A DNA stretch of 64,000 bases from a virus: positions 2,382 through 66,381 of the IMG/VR virus record IMGVR_UViG_3300045988_133913; one strand, 5' to 3'. Of this stretch, positions 22,284 through 31,748 are shown piece after piece. Numbering within the stretch: position 1 is the first letter of the stretch; every line of letters starts with the position of its first letter. The notes under the pieces are model-generated. The model was given only the letters and a program-made list of their open reading frames with translations. It was not told where the DNA came from and made no database searches. The position numbers and the translations under genes were made by a program.

Positions 22284-25200
22284 GAGTTTTCCTCGGTTAA
22301 GTTTTCATAACCCTCGAGTGATATATCGAGGGGGATTTTTACGCAGATACATTCAGTCTTACCTGCGCCTCTGGAGACGGTAAAGCCTCCCAAGTCGATT
22401 TTCTGGGGTTTTATCACCTTGCCGTAGAGCGCCTCGAGGTTGCTGATAAACTCCGGCGCGCCGATGTTCTGGCGCTTGCACCACTGCTTAATAGCTGGCA
22501 TCGAAATGAACGCGCGTTCTTCCTTCATCTCGTAGCGTATCTGGATACCACGACCCGGCACCGTCTGTTTCTTGACGTAGTTCACGTCGTTCATCACGCC
22601 CTTGCCGGGCTGGTCGGGCATATCTGACGGGCGGACATGGGCGGCGACCACAATCCGCGCGCCCTCATGCTCGTTCATAAACTGCGCAATCATGCCTTCC
22701 GGTGACATCAGGCTCTGTCCGATAGTCTGCTTGCCTTCAGCGATAAGCCCCAGCAGGTATTCCAGCAGGTTGTCGAGGTCGTAGTTAATCAACCCCAAGT
22801 CACGAGCGATACGCATCCCAACCATCATGCGAGTAGTCATGTACGACCAGAAGCGGTAGTTGCTGCCGATGCTTGCACGCTTGCGGATGAGCTTCTCCAT
22901 CTCGTACAGCTCGTCTTCGATTTCTTCCTTGTGGGTCGTCACGTAGCGGATATAGACGTCGCCTGCCACGCCGTAGTTCTGCGGCAGCTTGCGGATAAGG
23001 CGTTCGTTTTCCTCGAACTCCTCCGGGGAGTAAACCTCTCCTAGCGGCTTGACCTTTATCTCCAGCACCCGGCTCATCTGGGCAGAAGCGTCATGGCTGT
23101 GGTTGGCAAGCGAGGCGATGATACTGCTGTTTGCGCTCATCACGGGCAGGCACGACCAGAATGTAGTGTTGAGTTGCAGGTTCTCGCCACCTGACTGCAT
23201 CCGGTCTTTGCCGCGCCCTTGCGTGAGCTGGTAGGCAATATCGGAAGCGTCTTTCGGCGAAATATCGGTCATCTCGTCAAAGCCAGCGGCTATGTTGTTC
23301 ATGATGCCGAGCTTGGCGAACCGGGCGATGTAGGTGTCTTCCTTGTTTATCATCAGCCCGGTACGCGGTGACGGGTCGCCGTAAACAGAAATGCCAAGTG
23401 AGAGCGCGGCTGACTTGCCCGCGCCTTTCTCGCCTGTGAGGAACAGAAGCGCGGCACTCTCCAGCGCGCCGATGGGCATCAGCGGAGAAGCGAAAGCCGC
23501 AGCGAGTGTCGTCTGCGCCCACTCCATGCCCTTGCGGTTGTAGGTTTCCGCAATCGCTTTCCATGTGTCGAGTGAGCCGCGCGGACGGGTCAGCCCGCTA
23601 TAAATCGCGGCTTTTCCCTTCGGTGCAATTTCGATGACGCTGCCGTCTGCCTTGTACAGTTTGTCGCCTAGCAGGAAACTCTGTTGGTCTTTGTCCCATC
23701 CGAGCTGGTCTGTGACCGTGGTTTCGGCAAGGGTAGATTCGGTTTGCTTGAGAAGTTCGATTAGCATCTGTCCCATCAACTTTCTGTCTTTGTCGTGCAG
23801 CAGAAAACCGACAGAGCCGAGGTAAGCGTTTAGCCCCTGCCCCATCAGGGTCTCGCCCGGTATCTGCACATCATCATACCCTTTCAGGTGGTGTTTGCGA
23901 AAGACGTAGCTCATCTGAACTTCGCCTGTTGCGGTGCGGGCTTTAATCCGCTGCACCGGATAAACGGGGTATGGGTAAATATTGCGCCAGTACCAGTCGC
24001 CTTCGGCGTCCTTGCAGCGCACGAAACATCCGCCTTCGTTTACCCTAACCGTCTGATATTCGTATTTGGGCAAGTTGGATTCGGGTTCAGCGGCTGGTGA
24101 TAGGTCTTCCCCCTCCGCTGCCCACCCAGACGGCACAGGAAGCGTTATCGCGGGTCGTGGCGGCAGGTCAGTAGTCTGACTAGGGGTGGCGTCCTTTGGG
24201 GCGGCAGGCGTCACCTCCTGCGCGAGAAGCGGGGCATTCGGCACGCTGATGGGTGACTTGATTATGCCTGCAAACGGACAACCCTCGCACGCTTCCGGAC
24301 GGTATTCGGCGAAGGTGCTACAGTGCATGGGCTTGATGTCGTTGGCTTCCAGCCATGCGAACTTTTCGTCGATGCTGTATTCGCTGTGCCACTTGGGGTC
24401 AGTCGAGAGGCGCTCTGCCGTTTCGCGTCCGTCGGTGCAGAAACGCAGCACGGAAAGCGCCGCACGCCACGTCGGCTCTTTGCCATCGTTCATGGTGCGG
24501 ATTTGCTTGCATCCGGCAACGATGTCTGCGGCGTTGCGTTCTGGGAAGTCTGCTTTGGGAATCTGGAAAAAGCGCATGAGCGCAGCATCAGTCACCGCCT
24601 TCACGTAGTCCGGCACGTTTACCTGCGGAAGCGTAGGAACATGACTGGTCGCCTTCGGCACGTAAGCGTCGAGTTTTTCTTTGTAGAAGGCGTAGGGCAT
24701 GGTCGCGCCCACGACGCGGATTTCCACCAGCGCCGCACCCGTCATACCACCTTTCATATTCCACGTGCCGGGCAGTCGCAGGACGCTGGCAATATCGCGC
24801 GTCCGCATCGGGTCGGCGTGCAGCCCCAGAGCTTCGCAGGCGGCGCGCAGGCGGTCGGCAAGGTACTGCCATTCGTCGGGTGTTACTTCCGCCTCCAGTG
24901 CCCAGTAAACGTGCAATCCTGCTGCGCCAGACGCGACCACCCACGGGCAGGGCATACCGCTTGCGACACAGAAATCGCGCAGGGAAGTCAGCGCTTCGGC
25001 GCGGGTTTTGTAATCCTTTTTCTCGCCCACGTCGAGGTCAAGCCATAACGCTTTGACCGCACGGGCGTTGTTGCGCGTGCGAAGCTGGTTTTTCTCGCCC
25101 TTGTGGGTCTGCACGGTATGCCAGCCTTGCTTGTACGCAGCCAGCGCGAACCACACGTCACGCGGCAGTTGATAAAAATAGCCTGCGGTCTGGACAAGTT

Positions 25201-25330
25201 CGTCTTGGCGCTCCAGCACTTTCTGCCGCATCTTGCCGTCTTTCAGCCCGCCGTCATCTGAGTGGGCATACACATACACCCCGGAGGCGGGCAGGACGGC
25301 ACGGAGAAAGTCTGTGAGGGAAGCGGTCAT
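22280..25330 (-). CDS. primase-polymerase (PrimPol/AEP) fused to a D5-like SF3 helicase
   Basis: The N-terminus has LWLDLDVG (DxD) and SGAAGLHVYW (sGxGxH), the PrimPol motifs. The mid-region has a Cys cluster (CSTFAEYRPEACEGCPFAG). The C-terminus has Walker A (GEKGAGKS) and Walker B (FDEM). 1016 aa. Confidence 0.75.
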   Translation of the reverse strand: MTASLTDFLRAVLPASGVYVYAHSDDGGLKDGKMRQKVLERQDELVQTAGYFYQLPRDVWFALAAYKQGWHTVQTHKGEKNQLRTRNNARAVKALWLDLDVGEKKDYKTRAEALTSLRDFCVASGMPCPWVVASGAAGLHVYWALEAEVTPDEWQYLADRLRAACEALGLHADPMRTRDIASVLRLPGTWNMKGGMTGAALVEIRVVGATMPYAFYKEKLDAYVPKATSHVPTLPQVNVPDYVKAVTDAALMRFFQIPKADFPERNAADIVAGCKQIRTMNDGKEPTWRAALSVLRFCTDGRETAERLSTDPKWHSEYSIDEKFAWLEANDIKPMHCSTFAEYRPEACEGCPFAGIIKSPISVPNAPLLAQEVTPAAPKDATPSQTTDLPPRPAITLPVPSGWAAEGEDLSPAAEPESNLPKYEYQTVRVNEGGCFVRCKDAEGDWYWRNIYPYPVYPVQRIKARTATGEVQMSYVFRKHHLKGYDDVQIPGETLMGQGLNAYLGSVGFLLHDKDRKLMGQMLIELLKQTESTLAETTVTDQLGWDKDQQSFLLGDKLYKADGSVIEIAPKGKAAIYSGLTRPRGSLDTWKAIAETYNRKGMEWAQTTLAAAFASPLMPIGALESAALLFLTGEKGAGKSAALSLGISVYGDPSPRTGLMINKEDTYIARFAKLGIMNNIAAGFDEMTDISPKDASDIAYQLTQGRGKDRMQSGGENLQLNTTFWSCLPVMSANSSIIASLANHSHDASAQMSRVLEIKVKPLGEVYSPEEFEENERLIRKLPQNYGVAGDVYIRYVTTHKEEIEDELYEMEKLIRKRASIGSNYRFWSYMTTRMMVGMRIARDLGLINYDLDNLLEYLLGLIAEGKQTIGQSLMSPEGMIAQFMNEHEGARIVVAAHVRPSDMPDQPGKGVMNDVNYVKKQTVPGRGIQIRYEMKEERAFISMPAIKQWCKRQNIGAPEFISNLEALYGKVIKPQKIDLGGFTVSRGAGKTECICVKIPLDISLEGYENLTEENS

Positions 25331-25333
25331 GGG

Positions 25334-25639
25334 TTAGCCTCTATCGCGGGTCAGGTGTGAGCTAATAATTTCCATCGCTGTCGCAGAGCGCTGGTTGTAA
25401 CTGATTTCTTCCGGTATGGGGAGTTGTCCATCCTTGACAAGCTGGGTAAGCACGTCGGTGATAACCACCAGCCTTTGGGCGATGGACGGTGTGCTGATGC
25501 TGCGTTCCTTGCGCAGGTATTTGTCTAGGGTGATGTAGGGGATTCCGGCAAGCGTGGCGACTACCGGGCGCTTGACATCGCTATCGCGCATGGCGACTAG
25601 CAGGTCGTCGATTACTGTTTGATAGCGTTTCTTTTTCAT
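25334..25639 (-). CDS. hypothetical protein (possible small DNA-binding protein)
   Basis: 101 aa, ATG 25639, immediately upstream of the primase-helicase. Confidence 0.45.
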   Translation of the reverse strand: MKKKRYQTVIDDLLVAMRDSDVKRPVVATLAGIPYITLDKYLRKERSISTPSIAQRLVVITDVLTQLVKDGQLPIPEEISYNQRSATAMEIISSHLTRDRG

Positions 25640-25675
25640 GATTCGGTAAGCGGCACGTCCCTGTGCCTGTTTGGT

Positions 25676-26635
25676 TTAGAGTGTTGCCATGCCCGCAGGT
25701 GCGGTCTGTTCGTTTTGAGGTTGCATCTGCGCTTGTTGCTGCCATGCAGGCGGTTGCGGTTGCGGTTGCGCCTGTGCTTGTTGCTGCCACGCAGGAGGTT
25801 GTTGACCTTGAGGCTGCATTTGAGGCGGCTGTACCTGACCTTGTGGCGGAACTTGCATTTGCGGCTGCTGCGGCGGGGCTGCGTTGACTGTGGCGTTTTC
25901 CGTCGTGTTGTCGAAATGGATGTCCAGCAGGCGGTCAGTCGTACCGTTAGTCATCGCCTCAACCATCGCCTGAATGGCAGGTTCGGACGCGAAGCGAACT
26001 TCGTTGCTGCGGTTGCGCAGGTCGTACAGGCTGAACGCAACGACGGGTACAGACTGGCTGCCATCGAACGAAAGTTGCACGGTAAAGGTAAACGGCATGA
26101 TGCCGTGCGATGCTTGGAAGTCGCCCATCGTTTTCAGCAGGGTAGCGAAACTGCACGTGCCGACGTTCGCGTTGCCAGACTGGCGCACGGACTTATAGCC
26201 GAAATCCACCACATACAGCTCGTGCTGCGGGTCGTTTGCCAGCATGACGATAGCGCGCTGGCGGTAGTTACGCTGCACGAAACCGGCTGGCAGCGGGCTG
26301 TCGAATTTCTCGTCCGGGAGCGGATAACGGGAAAGCGTCTTGGGCGCAACACCTGTCTTCTCGCTCTCGTCGTAGGTACGGTCGTAGAAGACGTAGTGGA
26401 ACTGCGGATTGACCGCAACGATATGCACATCGAGCGTCAGTTCAGAAAGCTGCACCGGTTCGCCGCCGCCTTTGGAGATGTTGAAGCGGTTGCTTTTGAA
26501 GGTGATGCGGTTCGGCGCGTTGGTCGCGAGAGCGGCTGCTTGCTGCCATTGCGCGGCGATTTTCGCGGCGAAGTCAGCGTTCATCTGCGGGACTGGCACA
26601 TTGGCGTTGCCAAAGGGAATGACTTGGTTTGTCAT
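25676..26635 (-). CDS. hypothetical protein with C-terminal Gln/Pro-rich repeat tail, a candidate ssDNA-binding/annealing protein by context
   Basis: 319 aa with a GGAG SD. The C-terminal ~70 aa are PQQPQMQVPPQGQVQPPQMQPQGQQPPAWQQQAQAQPQPQPPAWQQQAQMQPQ. It sits between a helicase and the primase. Confidence 0.45.
   Translation of the reverse strand: MTNQVIPFGNANVPVPQMNADFAAKIAAQWQQAAALATNAPNRITFKSNRFNISKGGGEPVQLSELTLDVHIVAVNPQFHYVFYDRTYDESEKTGVAPKTLSRYPLPDEKFDSPLPAGFVQRNYRQRAIVMLANDPQHELYVVDFGYKSVRQSGNANVGTCSFATLLKTMGDFQASHGIMPFTFTVQLSFDGSQSVPVVAFSLYDLRNRSNEVRFASEPAIQAMVEAMTNGTTDRLLDIHFDNTTENATVNAAPPQQPQMQVPPQGQVQPPQMQPQGQQPPAWQQQAQAQPQPQPPAWQQQAQMQPQNEQTAPAGMATL
25690..25900 (-). repeat. 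imperfect tandem DNA repeats encoding the Gln/Pro-rich tail
   Basis: tgcttgttgctgccatgcaggcggttgcggttg and tgcttgttgctgccacgcaggaggttgttg are near-identical ~27-bp units. Confidence 0.5.
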
Positions 26636-26666
26636 GGGGATTACTCCGGGTTGGTTAAGAAAAGGG

Positions 26667-27311
26667 TTAAGCGGATTTACGGGGGGCGGAAAGTTTGGTT
26701 TCCACGTAGTGTCCGAACGGGCTGGCGGCTAGCAGGTGAAGCTCTGGTTGTCCGGCAAGCGCGCGGTGAACATTCAGCTCCTGCACACGGGTCGCGAACG
26801 CCTGCTGCTGGTTGAGAATCTGGTCGTAGGTGGTAACGCCATCGTCCAGTTGCTGCTGCTGCTTGTTCAGCTCGTCTGCGCTGATAAGGGCGGCGTTTAG
26901 CAACACCTTCCAGTTATGCTCGCAGGCAAGGCGCTCAACCGCCAGCACGCTGTCCGGTACAAGTCGCGCCTGCTGCGCGTACAACACGTGCTGCGTGGTG
27001 ATGATGCCATCGGCAAGCAGTCTGTCCAGCCAAGCCCCGGCTGCCTCGCGTCCGCCCGCTTCTTCGGTCGGGAAGCTGCACTTGACGCTCTGGCGGCGAG
27101 CGAATGTGCCGACACCATCGAAGGCGAAGTGTTTTGCACCTTCTGCGTCCATACGACTGAGCAGATGCTCCTCGGCAGTTGCCTTAGCGGTTTTCAGCAT
27201 CTTCTCCCAGTCCGATAGCTTGCCAAGCTGTTCGTTGATACGTACAATGAACTCCGCGCACGCTTTGTCGGATGAATAAATTTCCTGTGGGATTTCTATT
27301 TGTTTCGGCAT
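26667..27311 (-). CDS. hypothetical replication/recombination-module protein
   Basis: 214 aa, ATG 27311. No motif recognised. Confidence 0.45.
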   Translation of the reverse strand: MPKQIEIPQEIYSSDKACAEFIVRINEQLGKLSDWEKMLKTAKATAEEHLLSRMDAEGAKHFAFDGVGTFARRQSVKCSFPTEEAGGREAAGAWLDRLLADGIITTQHVLYAQQARLVPDSVLAVERLACEHNWKVLLNAALISADELNKQQQQLDDGVTTYDQILNQQQAFATRVQELNVHRALAGQPELHLLAASPFGHYVETKLSAPRKSA

Positions 27312-27403
27312 AAATGCCTCCTGTATGATTGAATGGTTAGTCAGAATGTGCGTATAAGTTTACCCCTTGATAGCCTAGCTGTCAAGGGGTTCTTATTTGA
27401 AAT

Positions 27404-29029
27404 TTAGTGCTCAAAGCCGGAAATGTTTTTCGTAAATAAATTAACAATGTTCCGCTCAATGTTCACCCCGCGCTCCAGCGCCGAGAACGCCAGCTTGTCC
27501 TGCGCGCCTGCCGAGAGATGCACCACGAACGTCTCCTTCGCCGTCTGCCGCGCCGACGACAAGCGCTCAAACATCTGCTGATACATGAACGCCCCGGTCA
27601 GCGGTACGCCGTAGCAGATGATGTAATCCGCACTCGCCAGCTCCACCCCGAACGCCGTCGTGCGCGGGTGACACACGAGGACGTGCGGTTCTCGCTCGTC
27701 GAGAAAATCGCGCAGAATTTTAGAGCGCGCCAGTCCGGTCACGCTGCCGTCAATCTTCTCACAGCTAAACCCTTCGCTGCGGATGAACTCCACCAGCATA
27801 TCGTTTACCGCCGTGAAGCTGGAAAACACTACCTTCTTGCGTGGTGTCGCGCGGAGCAGCTCTGCCAGACGGGTCAGCTTGGGCGTGGCGTCCACCTGGA
27901 CAACGCTGGCTTCACCTTCCTTTTTCGCCCGCACCGCGCCACCAGACACCTGCAACAATTTTTGCGCCAGCGTGGACGCTGTCGTTGCTTCAACGGTGTT
28001 GGTGTCAATCATGTACTGCAACTGCTCCACCAGCTCCTTGCTCATCGCCCGCTGTTGCGGCGAGAGCGGTACGTCTTCCCGTAGCACCTGTGGCACAGGG
28101 ATTTTCATGAGCTGTTCTTTGTCGAAGCGGATGCAGGGCGACATGGCGGCTTTAACGAGCGCTTCGTGTCCGTGCTTGGGAATCCACTTGAACTGCGTAA
28201 TCTTCTGCATCGTCATGTATTTCCAGCGGATGTACTGGTCTGGCACTTGCGTCGGGTTGATGAGCTTAACTTGCAGATAGATTTTATCCGGTGCGCCCGG
28301 TGTTCCGGTCAGCCCCCATCGGTAGGGGCATTTGCTGGCGACCTTGTGCGCTGCCTGCCAGCGCTGCGTCGGTTTGCCGTTGCTGCCGCCGTACTCGGTC
28401 AGCTCATCGAACACGCAGATGCCGATGCGTCCGGCTTCTACCTTTTGTCGCAGCTTGTCCGACACCTTGCCACGCTCTGCGCGGGACAATCCGTCCGGGT
28501 TGATGAGATAAATATCCGCAGGCTTGTCCACTTCCCCCATGCGGTCGTTGTGGATGAGCTGGACGCGCTTCTGCGGAAACCACTCCTCACAGGTTTTCTC
28601 CCACTCGCCGCCTGCCGCGACGGTCAGCGGGGCAACAATAAGCGCCGCCTGCACGCCCATGTAGCGCTGGAGGTAGTCGATAGCTAGCAGCGTCGAGAGC
28701 GTCTTGCCTGTGCGCGGCGTGCTGGTGACGAAGGCGTAGGGGTTGCTGGCGAGGAAGGCGGCGGTCTCCATCTGCCACCACCACGGGGTATGCCCGTGCT
28801 TGGATGTGGGCGGGTCGTAGTAGGTGCTGAACGGGTCGCAGCCCTCGGTGTCGATGCCCATGTTGGACAGCATCTTCAGCACGTCGTTGTGGTGTGGCAG
28901 GGCGATGACGTCGCCGTCTGGCAGGTGTAGTGTCGGGAAAATAAATAGCTGGTTTAGCAGCTTGACGTGTTCGGGGTCGTGCGGCATCGGCACGACGATT
29001 TTTTTAAGATTGGGAAGAACAACCGCCAT
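27404..29029 (-). CDS. SF2 helicase (SNF2/DEAD-like)
   Basis: CVFDELTEYGG (motif II DExx), GLTGTPGAP (motif III) and a C-terminal helicase domain (LVCHPRTTAFGVELASADYIICYGVPLTGAFMYQQMFERL). The start was moved to ATG 29029, which overlaps the upstream TGA. Confidence 0.7.
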   Translation of the reverse strand: MAVVLPNLKKIVVPMPHDPEHVKLLNQLFIFPTLHLPDGDVIALPHHNDVLKMLSNMGIDTEGCDPFSTYYDPPTSKHGHTPWWWQMETAAFLASNPYAFVTSTPRTGKTLSTLLAIDYLQRYMGVQAALIVAPLTVAAGGEWEKTCEEWFPQKRVQLIHNDRMGEVDKPADIYLINPDGLSRAERGKVSDKLRQKVEAGRIGICVFDELTEYGGSNGKPTQRWQAAHKVASKCPYRWGLTGTPGAPDKIYLQVKLINPTQVPDQYIRWKYMTMQKITQFKWIPKHGHEALVKAAMSPCIRFDKEQLMKIPVPQVLREDVPLSPQQRAMSKELVEQLQYMIDTNTVEATTASTLAQKLLQVSGGAVRAKKEGEASVVQVDATPKLTRLAELLRATPRKKVVFSSFTAVNDMLVEFIRSEGFSCEKIDGSVTGLARSKILRDFLDEREPHVLVCHPRTTAFGVELASADYIICYGVPLTGAFMYQQMFERLSSARQTAKETFVVHLSAGAQDKLAFSALERGVNIERNIVNLFTKNISGFEH

Positions 29030-29421
29030 CACCACACCGCCAGCTTGTCCACGTATTCCTGCTTGTGCGCTGGGAGCGCCGGAGCGTTCTTCTTGAGCCA
29101 CGTAACCAGCACCTCGAGGTTCTCACTATGAATGCACAGCCACTCGCCCCCTGCGGCTTCTATGGCGGCTTTCTGGCGCTGCTGCATGACCTCGTTTGGC
29201 TTGGCTTTTAATTCCGGTCGTGTATGGTGGTTGTTGCGGTCTTTCTTGACCTCGACACCGAGGAAGCGTCCGTTGGTTACGATGATGCGGTCAGGGTGTC
29301 CTGACGCGCCGTATCCGAAGGTCATCGGGCAGAAAGTGTAGATATGGCTGAAGGCGATGTAGGGGTCGAGGATTTGTTTGATGCGTTCTTTGACTGCCTT
29401 CTCGGTAAGTTTTGCGGGCAT
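29029..29421 (-). CDS. VRR-NUC domain (PD-(D/E)XK) nuclease
   Basis: GHPDRIIVTNGRFLGVEVKKDRN matches the G.PD...E.K core of VRR-NUC. ATG 29421 has an AGGAGG SD. A helicase partner is adjacent. Confidence 0.6.
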   Translation of the reverse strand: MPAKLTEKAVKERIKQILDPYIAFSHIYTFCPMTFGYGASGHPDRIIVTNGRFLGVEVKKDRNNHHTRPELKAKPNEVMQQRQKAAIEAAGGEWLCIHSENLEVLVTWLKKNAPALPAHKQEYVDKLAVW

Positions 29422-29609
29422 GGGTAAGCCTCCTGATGCAAGGATGTGAAAAGAAAAAAGGAAGCGGTTAGCTTCCCCTGTTTTTCGCTTTCCCACCTGA
29501 GAGGTCTACCCCCACGGAGAGTTACTAACCGCTTGGTGGACACCCCCGGCACGCTGACGGCGCAGTGCGAGAGGTAAATAAAGCACTGCCGAGGGCATCC
29601 ACCAAGCGT

Positions 29610-29867
29610 TCAGGATGAACGTTTGGACTTCAAATTTCGTGAGCGGTTGGCGTGGGTGGAGGTGATGCGGCGATTGCTCTTGGCATTGCTCCCGCCCTTC
29701 GACAACGGCTTGATGTGGTCTATGTCTTTACCTTCCAGCGCCGCCTTGCCATGCTGGGCGATAGCCTGCCGACGTGCGGTATTGCGCATCGCCCGCAGTT
29801 TTTTCTGCTCTGGTTTGGCGTGGAATTGCTCGTACTCCCGTTTGTAGTCACGTTTACGTGTTGCCAT
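29610..29867 (-). CDS. free-standing HNH endonuclease
   Basis: EGKDIDHIKPLSKGGSNAKSNRRITSTHANRSRN is an H-N-H motif. ATG 29867 lies about 15 nt after a terminator. Confidence 0.7.
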   Translation of the reverse strand: MATRKRDYKREYEQFHAKPEQKKLRAMRNTARRQAIAQHGKAALEGKDIDHIKPLSKGGSNAKSNRRITSTHANRSRNLKSKRSS

Positions 29868-29882
29868 GTTAGTGTCCTGTAG

Positions 29883-29931
29883 AAAAAACACGACCAGAAT
29901 ACCAGAAAAACCACAACCCAGTATTCTGGTC
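29883..29931 (-). terminator. rho-independent terminator (- strand) upstream of the HNH gene
   Basis: GACCAGAATAC / GTATTCTGGTC 11-bp stem followed by U6 on the - strand. Confidence 0.5.
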
Positions 29932-29978
29932 GCCAACAATCCCAAGGAGTCTTACGCCTGTGGCACGGGTAGCCCACA

Positions 29979-30043
29979 GGAAGGACGGCACGGGCAACAA
30001 CAGACCGAAACCGGAGAGCTTCGAGAAACCATGCCGTCCTTCC
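29979..30043. repeat. 12-bp-arm inverted repeat (GGAAGGACGGCA / TGCCGTCCTTCC) with 41-nt spacer
   Basis: Seen directly in the non-coding stretch between the exonuclease and HNH genes. Confidence 0.5.
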
Positions 30044-30192
30044 TATGCGCTAGTTCCAGCGGGTGCTTTCTTGAGAGTACCTGACATGAGGAAAATCTCC
30101 ACCCGCCGGATGTGTCGTATATTACCGAGAAGCCCTGATGCTGTCAAGCCTTCCTGCCGTTAAACTCGCACGAGATGACGAAACACGCTCGA

Positions 30193-30894
30193 CTACGCCG
30201 TAGTCTCGCGCGCGTCGTTTTTACGTCCATTGAATTCGCACGAGATGACGTCGCACCAGTTCTTGCACAACCCAGACGGCTTCGGGGGAAACTGGTTGTG
30301 CAAGTGGGCATCAGACAGCAGTCCCATATTGACCTTCATCTGGGTCAGGTGATTACCCGGCTGGTACTCCTGCCTGTCGCTTTCGCCTGAAAACAGGTAA
30401 ACGAAAATCGTCAGAATCTTCTTTACCTGCGGATAGTGCGCGGCAACGCAGTGCTTGATGAAGTCGTGCTGCATCGAGGCGTCGCGCTTCTTTCCCGTCT
30501 TCCAGTCCACGCAGATGATGGTTTTCTGGTCGCGGCTGATTAGCATCGCGTCCACGATGCAGCGCTGGTAGGCGGTTTTAGCACTCCAGTCCACAGGCGC
30601 GCCATTAAAGTCCACCGCGAGTTTTACCTCCGCGCCGAGGAAGATGTTACGCATCCGCGCCAGCGTCCCCATTGCCGGAAGCAGGATGGACGGCAGGGGC
30701 TTCCCGTGCTTGAGGTAGTTTTCAATCGCCGCGTGCAGCAGCGTACCAAAGCGCGTGTGGTCGGTATCCTGAAACTTGACCTCACGGGTGATGTACTTCG
30801 CCTCGTACTGGCGCGGGCAGGTGAGAAACGTCTGAAGCGACGTTGGCGACTGCGGCATCATTTCTGATTCGCCCCATAGCTGCTGTACACCCAT
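30193..30894 (-). CDS. PD-(D/E)XK exonuclease with Cas4/AddB-type Fe-S cysteine cluster
   Basis: An N-terminal Cys (CPRQY) plus a C-terminal C..C..C cluster (CKNWCDVISC), and a D...D/E.K nuclease core (CVDWKTGKKRD). 233 aa. Confidence 0.6.
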   Translation of the reverse strand: MGVQQLWGESEMMPQSPTSLQTFLTCPRQYEAKYITREVKFQDTDHTRFGTLLHAAIENYLKHGKPLPSILLPAMGTLARMRNIFLGAEVKLAVDFNGAPVDWSAKTAYQRCIVDAMLISRDQKTIICVDWKTGKKRDASMQHDFIKHCVAAHYPQVKKILTIFVYLFSGESDRQEYQPGNHLTQMKVNMGLLSDAHLHNQFPPKPSGLCKNWCDVISCEFNGRKNDARETTA

Positions 30895-30923
30895 ACAATG
30901 CTGTTTGTCATGATTTACTCCTT

Positions 30924-31703
30924 CTAGGCAAATTTAACTTCACGCAGGCTATCGCGCCATACCTTTTCGGCAGTCGACACGCTACGCCAACCTACACTAC
31001 CCAGTTCGCCTACGTTAAACATTGCCCACGCTCCCGTCCCATTACCATGCGCAATCGCTTCCGGTTTTACGTCGTATGCCCACACTCTGCCGTTACTATC
31101 CATAGCGATAAACTTCGCCCATTCTGGAAGGACAAGTTCAGCACCGTAGTAATCCCGCACAAGACGACTTCCGTCTCCAAGTCGCTCGCACTTCTCCGCC
31201 TCAACATAACGCATCGCCACTTGACACATCTTTACACCCAACGCTGAAAGGAAGTTATCATCTGCCACACTCATTACGCCAGAATGTTTATAAAAAGCAT
31301 TCCACTGCTGATTTAGTGCAACAGGTGTATATGGCTTGCCCAATATGGACGGCAAGGAGTTCATGATGTTACATAAGGCTGTCTCCCTTGAGATTACATC
31401 CTCATTCGCCAGCGTATACTCAATGGCTATTTTGGTTTTGAGGTCAAGCATCCAGTCCTGCCCGTCGTCTTTGCAGCAGGTCAAGGTATCCTTCCAGCTT
31501 TCGCCGTCATTAAACCGGACTACCGCATCCAAGCAGGTAAGCGCGGCTCCATGCCATATCTTTCTGGCGTCCAAACAGTATGGTTCGCCAAGGAACGCAA
31601 AAATCTCACCGTCGGCGTTGGCAGCGATATATGACGCATGGCGTTTAACCTGCAAGATGCGTCCATAAAACAGGACGTTTTTGAAGTGTTCATTGATTTC
31701 CAT
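30924..31703 (-). CDS. hypothetical protein, paralog family A member 1
   Basis: 259 aa. It aligns end to end with 36408-37142 (ESWKDTLTCC / ENWKDTLTHC, VRDYYGAELVLPEWAKFIAM / VKDYYGADLIVPTWARFIAM, WRDSLREV / WRDSLQEV). Confidence 0.6.
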   Translation of the reverse strand: MEINEHFKNVLFYGRILQVKRHASYIAANADGEIFAFLGEPYCLDARKIWHGAALTCLDAVVRFNDGESWKDTLTCCKDDGQDWMLDLKTKIAIEYTLANEDVISRETALCNIMNSLPSILGKPYTPVALNQQWNAFYKHSGVMSVADDNFLSALGVKMCQVAMRYVEAEKCERLGDGSRLVRDYYGAELVLPEWAKFIAMDSNGRVWAYDVKPEAIAHGNGTGAWAMFNVGELGSVGWRSVSTAEKVWRDSLREVKFA

Positions 31704-31748
31704 AGTGTACCTCGGTTAGTTTGTGGTTAAGAGCCGCTTACGGCGGCA

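Noticed and set aside
29960-30163. 67-aa + strand ORF between the HNH and exonuclease genes
   Set aside because: It falls in a region dominated by inverted and direct repeats on the opposite transcriptional arm. No SD. Arg-rich translation.
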